64,000 bases of DNA from an uncultured Candidatus Binatia bacterium (GTDB lineage: Bacteria; Desulfobacterota; Binatia; UBA9968; JAJDTQ01). This document shows positions 62,102 through 64,000 of this stretch, piece after piece (within the stretch, counting starts at the first letter, position 1; the number at the start of each line of letters is the position of its first letter). The stretch lies in assembly GCA_965242525.1 (NCBI GenBank), contig OZ251459.1, positions 2,528,001 through 2,592,000 on the forward strand. Direction: 5' to 3'. The notes beneath the pieces were generated by a model that made no database searches, had not been told where the DNA came from, and was given only the letters and a program-made list of their open reading frames with translations. The position numbers and the translations under genes were made by a program.

Positions 62102-63319
62102 ATGAAGAAGAAAGCGGCTGAAGCCGCCGCGCCCAACGGCGCATACCGGTCCTTGGTGGGCGGCATCAGCGGCGTCGTTGAGGACGCCAGACGCACCGCG
62201 GTCCGCTCTGTGAACGCGGCCATGACGGCCGCGTACTGGTTGATCGGGCGGCACATCGTGGAGTTCGAGCAGGGCGGGAGAGACCGCGGTGAGTACGGCG
62301 GCAAAGTGGTGGAGCGGCTTGCGACGGACCTTTCCGCCCGCTACGGGCGAGGGTTCTCGGTCCGCAACCTCTGGCAGATGCGAGCGTTCTATGCAGGTTG
62401 GCCGGTCCTCCGGCCAGAACCGGCCGAGTCCGCGGCGGCGGAAAAACCGCAGACACCGTTTGCAGAATCACGGTCAAGGGAAAAACCGCAGACGGCGCCT
62501 GCAGAATCGGAGCCAACGCAAAAACTGCTGGAGGCGTCCGGAGATTCTCTGCTGGCCGGAATAGCCAGGCGCTTCCCTCTGCCATGGTCCGCCTATGTGC
62601 GCCTTCTGGCCGTCAAGAACCCAAACGCCCGTTCGTTCTACGAGGCGGAGGCCTTGCGCGCCGGCTGGTCCGTCCGTCAGCTTGACCGTCAGATCAACTC
62701 CCGGTTCTACGAGCGCACCGCCCTGTCCAGGGACAAGGCGAATATGCTCAGGAAGGGCGAGCAAGCGCAACTCGCGGATGCCGTGATACCGGAGGAAGCC
62801 ATCAAGGACCCATTTGTCCTGGAGTTCCTGGACCTCAAGGACGAGTATTCCGAGAGCGACTTGGAGGACGCCCTGATCCAGCGCTTGGAGAGCTTCCTGA
62901 TGGAACTCGGCGGCGACTTCTGCTTCATTGGCAGGCAACGACGCCTGCGCATCGACGACGAGTGGTACCGCGTGGACCTGATGTTCTTCCACCGAGTGCT
63001 GCGCTGCCTCGTCCTCATCGACTTGAAGGTAGGCAAGTTCACCCACGCCGATGCCGGCCAAATGCACCTCTACCTCAACTACGCCCGTGAACACTGGGTC
63101 CACGCGCACGAAAACCCGCCCGTCGGCCTGATCCTCTGCGCCCAAAAGGGAGAATCCCTCGCTCGTTACGCACTCGAAGGCTTGCCGAACAAGGTAATGG
63201 CCGCCGAATACCGCACCGCCTTGCCGGACGAAGCGTTGCTGGTGGCCGAAATCGAGCGGGCGAGAGACGAACTTGACCCGAAGAACGATCATCTCTCAGA
63301 CCGGCGGGAAGGAGCATAG
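62102..63319 (+). CDS. YhcG/DUF1016 PD-(D/E)xK nuclease family protein
   Basis: AYWLIGRHIVE, GFSVRNL, LPWSAY, IKDPFVLEFL, IDLK, GQMHLYL, PPVGLILC. Confidence 0.92.
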   Translation: MKKKAAEAAAPNGAYRSLVGGISGVVEDARRTAVRSVNAAMTAAYWLIGRHIVEFEQGGRDRGEYGGKVVERLATDLSARYGRGFSVRNLWQMRAFYAGWPVLRPEPAESAAAEKPQTPFAESRSREKPQTAPAESEPTQKLLEASGDSLLAGIARRFPLPWSAYVRLLAVKNPNARSFYEAEALRAGWSVRQLDRQINSRFYERTALSRDKANMLRKGEQAQLADAVIPEEAIKDPFVLEFLDLKDEYSESDLEDALIQRLESFLMELGGDFCFIGRQRRLRIDDEWYRVDLMFFHRVLRCLVLIDLKVGKFTHADAGQMHLYLNYAREHWVHAHENPPVGLILCAQKGESLARYALEGLPNKVMAAEYRTALPDEALLVAEIERARDELDPKNDHLSDRREGA

Positions 63320-63322
63320 ACT

Positions 63323-64000
63323 TTGGCCCGATCACTTCTGCTGTCCGGAATCGGCGTGTTCGAAGAACGGTTGCAGTCATGCGGCTCCCCGATTCGGGGC
63401 ATGGCGGGCTGGATAGCTCTCGCCTCGTTCGTGGCAATGCTTTCCGCGTGCGGCGGCGGGACGTCGCCCGTTTCGACGCCGTCCTCGCCACAACCGCCAT
63501 CGTCGGAGCCGACACCGGCGCCCCCGCGCGCGCCCACGTCGGCCCGGGCGGCGGACGCCACGGTGCGCGCGTTCGCTTCGGAGGTCCGCTATACCTCCCC
63601 TGCGGGCCATCCCCGGCCGGCGACCACCATCTACAGGGCCGAAACCCTGGAGCCTGCGACGAACCCCCGGACCGCCGGTTCCTGGGAGACCGGCGAATAC
63701 AAGGCATCCACCGGGCTGCCGCTGATCCGCGCCAGCACGGGATACGCGGCGCGCACCACCGGGCAGCCGGGCGGCGGAGGCAGGACCATAGCCATCGTCG
63801 ATACGAAGATCCCCGTGGACGACGGCGAGTCCGTCGGCCATCCCGATTTGCAGGGCGTGAAGTCGGTGGACGTCTCGGGGCAGGTAGTCAACATCGACCA
63901 CGGAACACGCGTCGCCGGAATCGCCGCGGCTCGGCGCAACGGGTGGGGGGTGCACGGAGTCGCCTACAACGCGAACATCGTCGGCCTGAGCTCCGGGGAC
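63323..64000 (+). CDS. Subtilase (S8) lipoprotein, copy 3 (partial, runs off the window end)
   Basis: Manual translation: ...GWIALASFVAMLSACGGG...RAFASEVRYTSP...IAIVDTK...HGTRVAG; start TTG 63323 or GTG 63356. Confidence 0.85.
   Translation, partial: MARSLLLSGIGVFEERLQSCGSPIRGMAGWIALASFVAMLSACGGGTSPVSTPSSPQPPSSEPTPAPPRAPTSARAADATVRAFASEVRYTSPAGHPRPATTIYRAETLEPATNPRTAGSWETGEYKASTGLPLIRASTGYAARTTGQPGGGGRTIAIVDTKIPVDDGESVGHPDLQGVKSVDVSGQVVNIDHGTRVAGIAAARRNGWGVHGVAYNANIVGLSSGD

Noticed and set aside
62441-62509. 39-bp duplication in the DUF1016 gene (EKPQT...AES twice)
   Set aside because: Lies in a linker that commonly varies in length in this family; low significance
56085-64000. Diversity-generating retroelement explaining S8 variation
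   Set aside because: Differences are not adenine-specific, include indels, and no reverse transcriptase is present in the window

Overview
High-GC bacterial chromosomal window. The gene content (many TctABC/Bug transporters, amidohydrolases, UbiD, cupins, LRR/FN3/Calx-beta surface proteins, RM and TA genes) resembles uncultured Binatia/Deltaproteobacteria-like sponge symbionts; this is inference only. Order along the window: mfd (partial, missing from the ORF track); aromatic/organic-acid catabolism genes; a defence island (Type III RM mod, a low-GC membrane ORF, res, DUF262, HEPN); two TTT transporter loci; an LRR-FN3-Calx-beta autotransporter frameshifted at a 17-C homopolymer; a four-gene operon (unknown protein, Walker-A-less DUF2791/BrxD-like protein, intact DUF2791/BrxD-like ATPase, SNF2 helicase with an unknown N-terminal domain), which is the best candidate for an undescribed defence system; a Type II RM pair; a catabolic cluster; and a tandem array of at least 3 subtilase lipoproteins with variable active-site loops, separated by TA/nuclease cargo. 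Intergenic DNA carries two MITE-like families with REP-like cores, and one copy holds a 10x17-bp G-rich expansion. All family assignments come from motif recognition by eye; no database searches were run.
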